From Andalucia godoyi And28 (lineage: Eukaryota > Protista > Jakobida), in assembly GCA_009859145.1 (NCBI GenBank), contig VRVR01000061.1, positions 103,459-167,458 on the forward strand: a stretch of DNA of 64,000 nucleotides, in the 5' to 3' direction. Under the pieces are notes generated by a model. It had not been told where the DNA came from, did no database searches, and saw only the letters and a program-made list of their open reading frames with translations. Positions 32,519 through 42,502 of the stretch are shown one piece after another. Every line of letters begins with the position of its first letter. Within the stretch, counting starts at the first letter, position 1. The position numbers were made by a program, and so were the translations under genes.

Positions 32519-32993
32519 TCGGTTATTGTAGTTCTCATAAATTTTTGCCTTGCGTGCTCGCCTCCCTGGTCGGCATTTTATCGAGCAAGGATGTCGAACC
32601 TCGGACCTCGAAAAACTCAAAGCTCAAAAGCCGAAAGGCGAAAGGCGAAGGTCGAAAGTTGCGAGAAGGAAAAGAAAATAGTCGACACAACTTCTGAGTT
32701 CTGACCGCAGCACAATGTTTGATAGGACCCTTCTGCTCGTACCCACCCGGGTTTTTTTCTGCAGTTTCGACCCGATCGACTTCCTGTTGACTGCACCAAG
32801 TTGACGTCGCATTCTCCAATGAAACTTTCCGCTGTTGAATCGAAGGTCAAGAAATTTGCTACTTATCAGAGGATCTGTGAAGAGATGCGCTGACAGCAAT
32901 CCGCCACAATGTCCTCTCATCCAATGATTTAGTTTTGCTATTCCTTCTGAGTTCTTTTTTCACATCCTTCATTTCCTTCCTGTTCCTCACAAC

Positions 32994-35900
32994 ATGGGTG
33001 TGCTATTCAACCAGTCTGTTTTCTTTGCGGTGGTCGCAGTTCTGGCCGCGAGTCATTGGCTGACGCATGTTCCAGGCACATGTGTGTCTTCTGCCTCTCA
33101 CGTACGTGTCAGCTCCAGGACACTGCTTGACTTTGAGTCTGGATTCACCGGGAATGTGTGGCCGTCGTATGCTGGTTCGAGCAACTGCGAGTGTTTCGAG
33201 GGGTTCAATGCATTCATGAATTGCTACTGGCCGATAATGTTTGTGTTTTTGTATGCAATATGCATGACCTTTATCTCACGTACGGTATGTCTGGACTGGC
33301 GTGAGCCGACAAAGGGGCTTTCGAAATCAGAGATTGCTGAGCTGGAGTCTCGAGTGAAGAACCAGATGGCAGACGATGCTGGTCTCACTTCCGACGCTGG
33401 TGTACTGGGAGACCACGGGGTCTTGTCTCCAGGTACGAATCTGCGCCCACTTCCAGCGCATCTCATCCGGTACAAAGGTGCATCCATCTTCGATGATGAA
33501 GAGGAAGAAGGGCTATCCACGGCCGGAAATCGCAATTCGTTCAAGAAAAAGGCAAAGATCATTCACGGACCGGGCTACGAAGAGGCAATGGCCAAGAAGA
33601 GAGCAGAATTGTACGGAATCACAGAAGGGACACAGACAGAAGTTCCAGGCTCTTCGTCAGGTCACGGCGGTGGTGATTCGACACTTCTTGGTGCAGGGTT
33701 TCCCGGTGGTGGTGGTGCCACGAATGGCGGTCGTGCGACTGGAATGACACCTGATGTGAAGGGCTCTGCCTCCAAAAATCGCGCCAATGGAGGTGCCGAA
33801 AAGTTCCAAGGCGTCTTCCGAGACATTTCGCGGAAGGAAGGCCTGTGGGTGATGCACGATTTCCCCCCGTACTGGAACATGCAGATGCGTACCAGAAGAT
33901 TGCACGAAGAGTTGTCCTTTATTTCCGAATCGTATCCGCAAGGACTGACGATTGTTCATTGTGGAAATCCCCAGGAAAATGCTCTTGCCGCCACTTGCGC
34001 TTCGATCTGTGGCACAATCAATCTTGTGCATTTTGGAATGATCGCGCAGTTCGAGTCTCTGAACACGCTGTTCTCCCTCTGTTCCGTGATCCACCGGATT
34101 CGCGCAAATCGCGGTGGCGTGACGGACCGTCCTGCCGTTGCACTGTACTTCTCCTCAGGTCGAGATGCGGACTACTTGTCGGTTGTCTACGCCTGCTATT
34201 TAGCGTATGCCGCCCTGTATGAGACACCGATGCAGGCTGCGCACGATTTGCAGCAGTACGGCCACCTTCATCTGTCCTATGATTTGTTCCCTTCACAATG
34301 GAGGTTTTGCAACTTTTTCGGGCTTGCTCTGAAGAGCTCAGGCTTTCCGCTGCGGGTTCCTGTCATGATTCGACAGTTGTACATCAAGAAGATTTCTGGA
34401 GTCGACGAGTCTCAGTTTGTCAATCAGTTGCGAATCGGCCTCGTCTGCGGTGGAGATGGTGTGTATGAATCGCGATCAACCTCGCGTGTCCGGTCCTCTG
34501 ACGATGGGCAGTTTGTCGTCTATCCGATCAACAGGCCGTTGCTGGGAGACTTTGTGCTCACCGGAGTGTCATCCCAGAACTCCGATGAGCCTCTGTTCCG
34601 CTTCTCGTTTTCCACGCTGTACATGAATTTCCAGGAACGATCCATCACGATTCCCAAGTCGCTCCTGGACTACGCGCACGATATCGATGACCTGCCTGCT
34701 GATTTTTGCATTCAGATCTTCTTTGAACCATTTTCAATGTCCTCTGTTCTTTCTCAGGACGTCCAAGTAATTCGCGATCTTGAAGCATTCATTCGAGAGG
34801 CTCCTGGGCATGTTGTGTCGGAGAATCCGATTCACATGGCAAATGCAAATGCTCTGTTTGGCGATACGGAAAAGTTTTCGAAGATTTCGTTGATTGATGA
34901 GATGAAGCGCCACAACTTTGCAATTCCTGGTTCTGGCAGTGGAAAAGGTAGTCAAGGAGGTCTTTGGAGTGGAGACGGACAGGGTCAGGGACAGGGTGGA
35001 CCTGGCTCATCGTCCTCGAAACGAGTCGCGAATGCTGGCGAAATCGACACATCAACAGCCTCGATGGATTCCGTGCGAAAGCTTCTGAATTCCCAGCTCT
35101 TCGAAAACGCCGATGAAAAGGGCAAAGCCGGAGACAAGCTTGCGATGCATGCGTATTCTGCCTCTCGGCATTCGATTTCGTCGGACATCGCATTGTCCCC
35201 CGGCGCGACTCCGCAGTCGGGCCGTAGATCGAACCAGAAGCGTGCATTGCACGACTTTTTCAGACAGCAGATTGCTGATCCGGGTTCAGAGGCGATTTCC
35301 GGAGCTGCCGGCGCAGGTGGTGGAATACCGCCCCCGCCGCCCATGGGTGGTATGCCTCCCCCACCTCCTCCACCACCTGGGATGGGAGGACTGCCACCAC
35401 CACCGCCGCCCCCAGGCATGGGCCTGCCGCCTCCTATTGATCTGGGACCACCGAACAATCTAAAGACGTTGCATTGGCAGCCCATTCCAGCGAACCGGAT
35501 TGAGAAGTCAATCTTCTCCAAGACGGATCATGCAGCACTCGAAGGCGCGCTTGGGGAGTCGGTAGAGACTCGTCTTGAAGAACACTTTTTGCTTGATCCA
35601 AATGCCATCAGCAATGCTCCCAAGGTGTCCGCCGACAAGAAGAACAACCGCGGTGAGATCACCGTTCTGGATAATCAGCGTGCCCAAAACATTGAAATTC
35701 GGTTGTCGCAGATGAAGATGGATCCCAAGACGATTGTCGAAGCCATTTTCAAGTTCGATCTCGAAGTGCTTACCGAGGGCATTGTGGATGGACTCATTGG
35801 CTGCGTCCCTACCGAAGAGGAGTCCAAGGAATGGGCTTCGCTGGACACGGAAGATGCGGGGAAGCTCTCATTGCCAGACAGGCTGTCGTTTGCCTTGTAC

Positions 35901-36818
35901 AAGATCCCGCGAGTGAAGGACAAGCTCCACTGCATGTCATTTGCCCACAAGTACAAGGAGCAATGCACGTCCATTGAAAAGGACATCCACCTTCTCATTC
36001 AGGCTTGTGAGGAGCTCTGCACCAGCGCGCGCTTTGCGGGTATTCTGGAGTACATTTTGTACATTGGCAACATTCTGAATCGCGGCAAGGTGAACAAGGG
36101 AAATGCAAAAGGTTTCCGCCTGCTCTCTTTGCAAGTTCTGCGAAACACCAAATCCATTGACGGAAAGTCGAATCTGCTGCGTTTCATCATCGAGCTGATT
36201 AGTGAGCATGATCGTGATCTGCTGCGCTTCAAGGACGAATTTCCGTCGCTGGAGTCTGCGATGCGTCTGAGCTCGGATGCCATCAAAGCCGAGCTGTTGG
36301 CAGTCGAGAATCACTTCAAGACGAGTTCTGCGGAGTTTGCAAATCTCGAACGCAATGCGGCGTCCGTGTACATTGAATGCTTCAGCTGCGATTTCCACGA
36401 GCGAGCGTTTTACCAAGCACTGCAGAACGTGCTTCCTGGGGCCGCTGATCAAGTGAAGATTCTCAAGAAACTGATGGAGGAGCTGAGCCACGTGTTCAAT
36501 GTTACGCAGTTTGCGTACGGCGAGCGTATTGGCGACTGCAAGCCAGAGGATTTGTTCGCGATTGTCCGCGAGTTCTTGAAGGAGTGGGAGGAAGAGCGCG
36601 ATGCACTGAAGCGCACGAGGAAGGCGGAGGCGAAAAAGAAATTGCGTGAAAGCACAGGACTTCGCTCCCGTGTTGCCAAGGTTGTCCAGGATGCACTCTC
36701 CTCCAAGCCGTCCGTTGTGGCAAAACCAAACGTCGAGGACGATGACGACGACGACGCCGCTGCTGCAGGAGCCTCGGGCGCAGGCGTCGGTCTTGGCTCT
36801 CCCGATTCGCTGGTCTGA
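32994..36818 (+). CDS. Formin: predicted signal peptide/TM, PTEN-like plus C2 domain, FH1, FH2
   Basis: Poly-Pro FH1 (~35326-35445), FH2 LKTLHW, LDNQRAQNIEI, YIGNILNRG..AKGFRL; PTEN-like PSQWRF and C2 LFRFSFST..LDYA; hydrophobic N-terminus and YWPIMFVFLYAICMTFI. Confidence 0.92.
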   Translation: MGVLFNQSVFFAVVAVLAASHWLTHVPGTCVSSASHVRVSSRTLLDFESGFTGNVWPSYAGSSNCECFEGFNAFMNCYWPIMFVFLYAICMTFISRTVCLDWREPTKGLSKSEIAELESRVKNQMADDAGLTSDAGVLGDHGVLSPGTNLRPLPAHLIRYKGASIFDDEEEEGLSTAGNRNSFKKKAKIIHGPGYEEAMAKKRAELYGITEGTQTEVPGSSSGHGGGDSTLLGAGFPGGGGATNGGRATGMTPDVKGSASKNRANGGAEKFQGVFRDISRKEGLWVMHDFPPYWNMQMRTRRLHEELSFISESYPQGLTIVHCGNPQENALAATCASICGTINLVHFGMIAQFESLNTLFSLCSVIHRIRANRGGVTDRPAVALYFSSGRDADYLSVVYACYLAYAALYETPMQAAHDLQQYGHLHLSYDLFPSQWRFCNFFGLALKSSGFPLRVPVMIRQLYIKKISGVDESQFVNQLRIGLVCGGDGVYESRSTSRVRSSDDGQFVVYPINRPLLGDFVLTGVSSQNSDEPLFRFSFSTLYMNFQERSITIPKSLLDYAHDIDDLPADFCIQIFFEPFSMSSVLSQDVQVIRDLEAFIREAPGHVVSENPIHMANANALFGDTEKFSKISLIDEMKRHNFAIPGSGSGKGSQGGLWSGDGQGQGQGGPGSSSSKRVANAGEIDTSTASMDSVRKLLNSQLFENADEKGKAGDKLAMHAYSASRHSISSDIALSPGATPQSGRRSNQKRALHDFFRQQIADPGSEAISGAAGAGGGIPPPPPMGGMPPPPPPPPGMGGLPPPPPPPGMGLPPPIDLGPPNNLKTLHWQPIPANRIEKSIFSKTDHAALEGALGESVETRLEEHFLLDPNAISNAPKVSADKKNNRGEITVLDNQRAQNIEIRLSQMKMDPKTIVEAIFKFDLEVLTEGIVDGLIGCVPTEEESKEWASLDTEDAGKLSLPDRLSFALYKIPRVKDKLHCMSFAHKYKEQCTSIEKDIHLLIQACEELCTSARFAGILEYILYIGNILNRGKVNKGNAKGFRLLSLQVLRNTKSIDGKSNLLRFIIELISEHDRDLLRFKDEFPSLESAMRLSSDAIKAELLAVENHFKTSSAEFANLERNAASVYIECFSCDFHERAFYQALQNVLPGAADQVKILKKLMEELSHVFNVTQFAYGERIGDCKPEDLFAIVREFLKEWEEERDALKRTRKAEAKKKLRESTGLRSRVAKVVQDALSSKPSVVAKPNVEDDDDDDAAAAGASGAGVGLGSPDSLV

Positions 36819-36911
36819 TGCCGGCTGGTTGTCCTCTGCGTGGGTCCCCCAGGGCCCCGCAAAGTCCCACGAGATGAAATACAATAAAATATACACGCGA
36901 GACTAGCCATT

Positions 36912-37820
36912 TTAATGGTCATGATGATGTCCGTGGTGATGTCCGTGGTGGTCGCCATGATATTCGTGATGTCCGTGGTGATGATGCTGCTGCTGCTGCT
37001 GCTGCAGGGGTTGTTCGGAGACCATCTTTTGGATGGGAGCAAAGGCCTCGTGATGGAACCACTCCTGCAGCTGGTCTTCATGCGATGAAAGCCAGATCAT
37101 GGTTCCCAGTCCAATGGAGAGACCGATGGCGACAGCGAGCCACTTCTTGGACTGCATGACCCTCGGAAGCAGATCCGCGAGCGACAGGTACAAGAACGAT
37201 CCGCAGACTGCCGCGAGCATATACTCCTTTGGCACGCCATGCAGACACTGCGGGAACACAGCACCGACGACACACGTCATTGCACACACCACGTTCCACA
37301 TTACCGCAGACGTCTTTGAAAATCCGCTGGACAGCAAGACTCCCGAGTCAGACAGCTCCTGCGGAAGCTCGTGCATCGCCGCTGCAAATGCCGTTGCATA
37401 CCCTGCCTCGATCGACACGGAGAACGCAACTGCAATCGCCACGCCGTCGAGAAAGTTGTGCACAGCATCCGTAATCAGGTTCAGCGATCCCGCATGCAAG
37501 TCCAGCGCATGCGAAAGCACCGCGCATACCAACACCGAGCCAACCAGTATCATCCCAATCATCACATCCCCATGCGAGTGAGAGTGAGAGTGCGAGTGCG
37601 AGTGCGAGTGCGAGTGAGGGTCGTTGCTGTACATCTGGGGAAGCAAGTGAAAGACCGCGTCGCCAAACATGGACCCGACTGCGAGGCTGCACAGCAGAAT
37701 GCTGAGAAATGACTTTGGGTCCGCGAGCCGCTTTGCAGGAAGCAGCATCGTGCAAGTTCCCGCGAGCATCGCCACCGAAACCGACGCGCCCAGCACATGC
37801 GGAGACACCGACTGCAGCAT
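36912..37820 (-). CDS. ZIP family (LIV-1 type) zinc transporter
   Basis: SLAVGSMFGDAVFHLLP, HNFLDGVAI, MHELPQELSD, His-rich loops. Confidence 0.9.
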   Translation of the reverse strand: MLQSVSPHVLGASVSVAMLAGTCTMLLPAKRLADPKSFLSILLCSLAVGSMFGDAVFHLLPQMYSNDPHSHSHSHSHSHSHSHGDVMIGMILVGSVLVCAVLSHALDLHAGSLNLITDAVHNFLDGVAIAVAFSVSIEAGYATAFAAAMHELPQELSDSGVLLSSGFSKTSAVMWNVVCAMTCVVGAVFPQCLHGVPKEYMLAAVCGSFLYLSLADLLPRVMQSKKWLAVAIGLSIGLGTMIWLSSHEDQLQEWFHHEAFAPIQKMVSEQPLQQQQQQHHHHGHHEYHGDHHGHHHGHHHDH

Positions 37821-38139
37821 CCTATCGTTTTACTCTGTTCCTTTGTGTTGTGTTCTGCCACCTTGTCTGAACGAGTCCAACCTGAGCGCACCGTTTACGT
37901 TCCACACCCATCTTCACAGCATCCACAACGCAAACCATACAACGCAATTACAGTAAACCTCAATTGAGGTTCGTTGGCGTTGGGAATGTGTGTGATCATG
38001 GGTTTCCCGGAGACATCTGGACTCTGTGAGTGTGTGTGGATGGGCGAAAAAAGTGTGTAGAGCTCGGTTGTGGCGAGAAAGGAAGGAAAGGGTGTGTGAC
38101 GGGGGTACGCAGCGGACCGGACAGTAGTACAGACATAGC

Positions 38140-39477
38140 ATGAGGAGTGGTGATCTTGGGTCCGAAGAGGGCGAACGAGGAAGTAATGGAGGAGATGAGG
38201 GACGCTGTGGACGCGGTAGAGAGCTGGACTATAGGAACAAGGTGATGCTTGCACCGATGGTTCGGTTTGGGTATCTCCACCATCGGTTGCTTGCGCGGGA
38301 GTACGGGTGCGACGTGTGCTATTCCGAGGAGATCATAGACAAGAAGGTGATCCGATCGACTGTGGAGCGCGACGCGTCCTCTGGCGTAGTTCACTTCCGG
38401 ACGCCGTCGAACAACGTGGAGATTGAAGGGGACGTGGACTGCTTTGTGGCGTGGCCCGAGCGCGAGAGGGGAGGGTGTGTGATGCAGCTTGGCACTGGAG
38501 ACCCCGAGCTGGCGGTGCAGGCGGGCCGAAAAGTGCAGGAGTATGTGGATGGGATTGATGTGAACATGGGCTGTCCAAAGAAATTCTCGACGCAAATGGG
38601 CTCGGGCGCCGTGCTGCTGTCGCATCCCGAGGTCGCCGAGTCCATCCTGCACCACCTTGTGCGCGCAGTAGACGTCCCCGTGACGTGCAAAGTGCGGCTG
38701 CTGGAGAACAAGACGCTGGAACAGTCGATTGACTTTTACAAGAGAATGGAACGAACAGGCATCAAGGCGCTCACAGTCCACTGTCGGTTCCCGTCGCAGA
38801 AGCCGCGCCACCGAGGCAACTGGGCTGTGTTCCGTGAAATCAAGCGCCACCTTAGCATCCCGCTGATCGCAAACGGTGATATTTATACGTGGGACGACAT
38901 GGAAAAGGTCGTCGCAGACTCGGGCTGCGACAGCGTGATGCTTGCCCGAGGAGCGCTGCAGAACTTGTCCATTTTCAAGCCAAACAAGTATCGACACAGC
39001 GTTGGAGGTCGCTTGGGTAACGTCAAGGAGTGGTTCAGTGCCATGCCCGCGGAGTTCTTGCCGGACCATCCGTTGCATGTTGCAAGACGGCTCATCGACG
39101 AAAACATCAAGTGGAAGGCAGGAATCGCGAACTGCAAGTACGTGCTCGGCAAGGCGATGGAGCGACAACATTGCATCTGGCAGCTTCTACAGACATTCCC
39201 GTCGCATTCCATGGAGGCTATTGTGCAGCTGTGGTCGCCTGAAAATGACCACAGGTGGACGGGCAACCCGCCTGCACCAGGCCATCCGCACCCTTCCTCT
39301 TCCTCTTCGCTGGCGGCTGCGGCTGCGGCTGCGGCTGGCAACGCTTCGCCAAACGATGCTGAACGTCTCGCTGCAAAGAGCCAACGAGATTCCGGGGACG
39401 CTGGCGGCGAAGTACTCGATGCCGTCCCGGATGCAAAACGCCCACGGCGTGATGCTAACGTGGTGAATTCCGAGTAA
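38140..39477 (+). CDS. DUS2: tRNA-dihydrouridine synthase 2
   Basis: LAPMVR..RLLAREYGCDVCYSEEIIDKK, MQLGT, IDVNMGCPK, VTCKVR, LTVHCR, IANGD, SVMLARGA. Confidence 0.88.
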   Translation: MRSGDLGSEEGERGSNGGDEGRCGRGRELDYRNKVMLAPMVRFGYLHHRLLAREYGCDVCYSEEIIDKKVIRSTVERDASSGVVHFRTPSNNVEIEGDVDCFVAWPERERGGCVMQLGTGDPELAVQAGRKVQEYVDGIDVNMGCPKKFSTQMGSGAVLLSHPEVAESILHHLVRAVDVPVTCKVRLLENKTLEQSIDFYKRMERTGIKALTVHCRFPSQKPRHRGNWAVFREIKRHLSIPLIANGDIYTWDDMEKVVADSGCDSVMLARGALQNLSIFKPNKYRHSVGGRLGNVKEWFSAMPAEFLPDHPLHVARRLIDENIKWKAGIANCKYVLGKAMERQHCIWQLLQTFPSHSMEAIVQLWSPENDHRWTGNPPAPGHPHPSSSSSLAAAAAAAAGNASPNDAERLAAKSQRDSGDAGGEVLDAVPDAKRPRRDANVVNSE

Positions 39478-39610
39478 CTGCACGCGCATCCAGGACGAAA
39501 GACGAGCAAAATGGTTCTCAAAAAACATACAATTAATATTAAAAATAAAATAAAATAAATACCACCAACACTACTACTACTACTACTACTACAACTACTA
39601 TTAATTCACG

Positions 39611-41833
39611 TTACAAGGCTTTCCATTCCTTATCGTCGACTTCAAATGCTGCCTCTGGGGGCACATACACGGTTCGAATCAACGTGTTTGTTCGTTCAAT
39701 CACAGACGACATGATGCCAGAAAATCGGTTTCGAGCTGAAGGCGATGCAGGGCCCGGTTCTGCTGCAGCGGCGCCCGAGGCAAGCCCGGTTCTCGAAGAC
39801 GTCTCCGAGAGCTCCGTGTCCGCATGGTTCACATTTCCATTCAAAGACGCCGGTCCATTGAAGTCCGCAGACGCAGCCGCAGAGCTGGCTGGCGAAGCGG
39901 AATTTGCAGCAAGCCTTTCGCTGATCAGAAACTCTGCCCGCGCAACGGCGCTTGCAACAGTGTCGAAAACAGACCTTTCTTTTTCAGGCAGCATGGAAAT
40001 GATGCCAGACTTGTGAAGCCCTTTCGTGACGGACTCGTTAACGCACGCCAACAGTAACTGCACCCTCAACTTGCCAAGCTTTTCAAGGAGAGTCTCCAGC
40101 GAATGCATGGCTTGAGAATCCATTTTGTTCATTGGGGATGCATCCAAGACAACGACGTAGTAAGGAGCGTCTTCGGTCAGCGTCTCACCAATGTCTGAAC
40201 TTGACAAGCGCTTCTTGCCGGACTCCAAGTCCTTTTTGGAAGCGTTTCGAGCATGATCGGCATTCAACACTGCCGAGTGCACCATGTTCAACATTAGGTC
40301 CTCAAAAACCGTTGCGTTGGCGAAGAAAACAGTCGATTCAATGCGCAAAATGAGCAAATGGGGAACGGAAACTGCTTCCGGAAACTTTCGCTGGTCCTTG
40401 AAGACATCGGAGTTTCCAACGCGTCCCAATACTGCAACGTACGGCCTTGTCGATCTCCAGATGACGACGATGACGGAGAGCGCAACGGAGGAAAAGATGC
40501 CATACTCAATTCCAATAATAAGAGTGCACAGGAATGCAAACAGCAGCACACAAAAGTCGGACTTGCAGTTCTTGTAGCAATACCTGGCTTCCTTCACGTC
40601 CAACAACGACGGAACGGCGGTCAGAATGATTGCTCCCAAAGCGGCGAGCGGCAGATGGTAGATCGTCGATGTCAGCAGCAGCAGGAAGATGACGACGCAC
40701 GACCATGTGCAGAGCGATCCGACGAGGGTTTGGGCGCCCGCAGTGAAATTGACGACTGTTCGTGCAAGAGCGCCGCCGGCCACAAAGCCCTGGCTGATGC
40801 CCGACAGCATCCCGGAAGTTCCAATCGCCACCAGTTCCTGGTTGCCATCGATTGCATAGCCAGCACGATACGCAACGGCACGACCAACAGAATACGATTC
40901 CATGAAGGCCACGAGACAGACGACAATTGACGAGGTGAAAATCTGTCCGATCTTGTTCGACGGAATGACCGATGTGTCGAGTCCAAGCGATGGCAAACCC
41001 GGGGCGACGTCTCCGACAATGTCGACGTCGTAGTCCTCTCCGAACCGGAAGTACCACGAGATGAGAATTCCGCTGACGACCAGCACGAGGGCTCCTGGGA
41101 ACCGTGGCTTGAACTTCTTGAGGCTTCCCAGAGTCACGACGCATGCGGTTCCGAACAAGAATGTGACGTAGTTTGTGTGCGGCAGCTGTTCGCAAATGTG
41201 GTAAAACGTCTGCCATGCGTACGGATACGACGAGATGTGGACTCCGAGGATGTACTTGATTTGGGAGAGCGCAATGATGATGCATGCCGCCGACGTGAAT
41301 CCCGAGATGACTGGCTTTCCAAGAAAATCCACGAGCACGCCTCCAAAGTGCGTGATTCCCATTGTGAACTGCATTGCGCCGGCGAAAATCGCGATGAGCG
41401 ACGCAATTGCACATTGCTCTGTGACGGAGTCGAATCCAACGAGCGCTAGAGCGGTATTTGTGACGAGCGACGCCAGTGGGATTGGGCCAACGGCCAGGTG
41501 CCGCGACGTGCCGAGGAAAAAGTACGTTGGAATCGACAGGAACGCAGTGTAGACCCCGACCAGTGGTGGCAGTCCCGCAATGAACGCGTACGCCATTGCA
41601 TTCGGGATGATCATCGCACCGACCGTCAGCCCCGCAAACACATCCTGCTTGAGATTCAGTCGCCAGTCTCGCTTTACGTATGCTGGAATCCACTTTCGAG
41701 AAGGGAAAAAATTCAGCACCGTCCGCACCGAAAAGTACGCCTGCGCCGCGATCTGCTCCAAGTACGACAGCGCCGACGTAGACCGAACCGTCGTCCCATC
41801 AATCTTTGCATGTGTCTCCTCCATCTCACTCAT
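39611..41833 (-). CDS. SulP/SLC26 anion transporter with STAS domain
   Basis: DVFAGLTVGAMIIPNAMAYA..LPPLVGVY..GTSRHLAVGP, VISGFTSAA, NQELVAIG, STAS VVVLDASPMNKMDSQAM. Confidence 0.95.
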   Translation of the reverse strand: MSEMEETHAKIDGTTVRSTSALSYLEQIAAQAYFSVRTVLNFFPSRKWIPAYVKRDWRLNLKQDVFAGLTVGAMIIPNAMAYAFIAGLPPLVGVYTAFLSIPTYFFLGTSRHLAVGPIPLASLVTNTALALVGFDSVTEQCAIASLIAIFAGAMQFTMGITHFGGVLVDFLGKPVISGFTSAACIIIALSQIKYILGVHISSYPYAWQTFYHICEQLPHTNYVTFLFGTACVVTLGSLKKFKPRFPGALVLVVSGILISWYFRFGEDYDVDIVGDVAPGLPSLGLDTSVIPSNKIGQIFTSSIVVCLVAFMESYSVGRAVAYRAGYAIDGNQELVAIGTSGMLSGISQGFVAGGALARTVVNFTAGAQTLVGSLCTWSCVVIFLLLLTSTIYHLPLAALGAIILTAVPSLLDVKEARYCYKNCKSDFCVLLFAFLCTLIIGIEYGIFSSVALSVIVVIWRSTRPYVAVLGRVGNSDVFKDQRKFPEAVSVPHLLILRIESTVFFANATVFEDLMLNMVHSAVLNADHARNASKKDLESGKKRLSSSDIGETLTEDAPYYVVVLDASPMNKMDSQAMHSLETLLEKLGKLRVQLLLACVNESVTKGLHKSGIISMLPEKERSVFDTVASAVARAEFLISERLAANSASPASSAAASADFNGPASLNGNVNHADTELSETSSRTGLASGAAAAEPGPASPSARNRFSGIMSSVIERTNTLIRTVYVPPEAAFEVDDKEWKAL

Positions 41834-42502
41834 TCCATAGCTCGCGTAGGCAGTCAGTCACTCCAAAAAACTACCCAAACCACTTGGTCACTCCGACAGA
41901 CGTGGGATCTAGAAGTGTATGAAAAATAATAATAATAATAATAATATCTACGTGATGAAGCAGCACAATCAAAAACAAAAAAAAAATAAAAAAAAATAAT
42001 AATAATACATATAGAAACTAAATAAATGCACAGGAAAATAAAATGATAGTCCACCAAAGCCAGGAAAGATAAGTGATAAAATGGGAAAAGGGCGTGAAAT
42101 CGACGAAAAGTGATTTGATATGCAGGAAAGAGCGGAGAGTCAGAGGGTCCGACGGGTCTGGAAAAAGACCGCTTGGCCCCGTAAAAGGAAGTGTACTGGC
42201 AGCAGGATGCTCTGAACTACGGTCAGGATTCAGCAAGCGCAGGCTTCCTTCCCTCCGAAATCGCAGCGGCTGTAAAAAACATTGTACTGTCCTTCTCCAG
42301 GTTGCCAACTGCGCCACATGTTCCTTGTGTGTCTCTCCTTCTCTTGTCTCGCACTATTTCTTCGTCTTTTTATGAATATGACTATGAACTATTATAATTA
42401 TTATCATTTTTTGAGTGTGTGTCAACTTCATTACAAAGAGGTTAGGTATTGAATTTCTCTTCACCGTCGGGTCGTCTTGGCGCTGTGGACTCAATTGCGC
42501 GA

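Noticed and set aside
32590-32900. Small possibly spliced ORF upstream of the formin (..FRPDRLPVDCTKL..KKFATYQRICEEMR)
   Set aside because: About 50 aa, no recognisable homology, start ambiguous; may be UTR or a uORF.
42060-42400. GC-richer island in the SLC26-SLC12 spacer as SRP RNA or another ncRNA
   Set aside because: No SRP helix 8, RNase P/MRP or snRNA motif could be matched; the short ORFs there are unconvincing.
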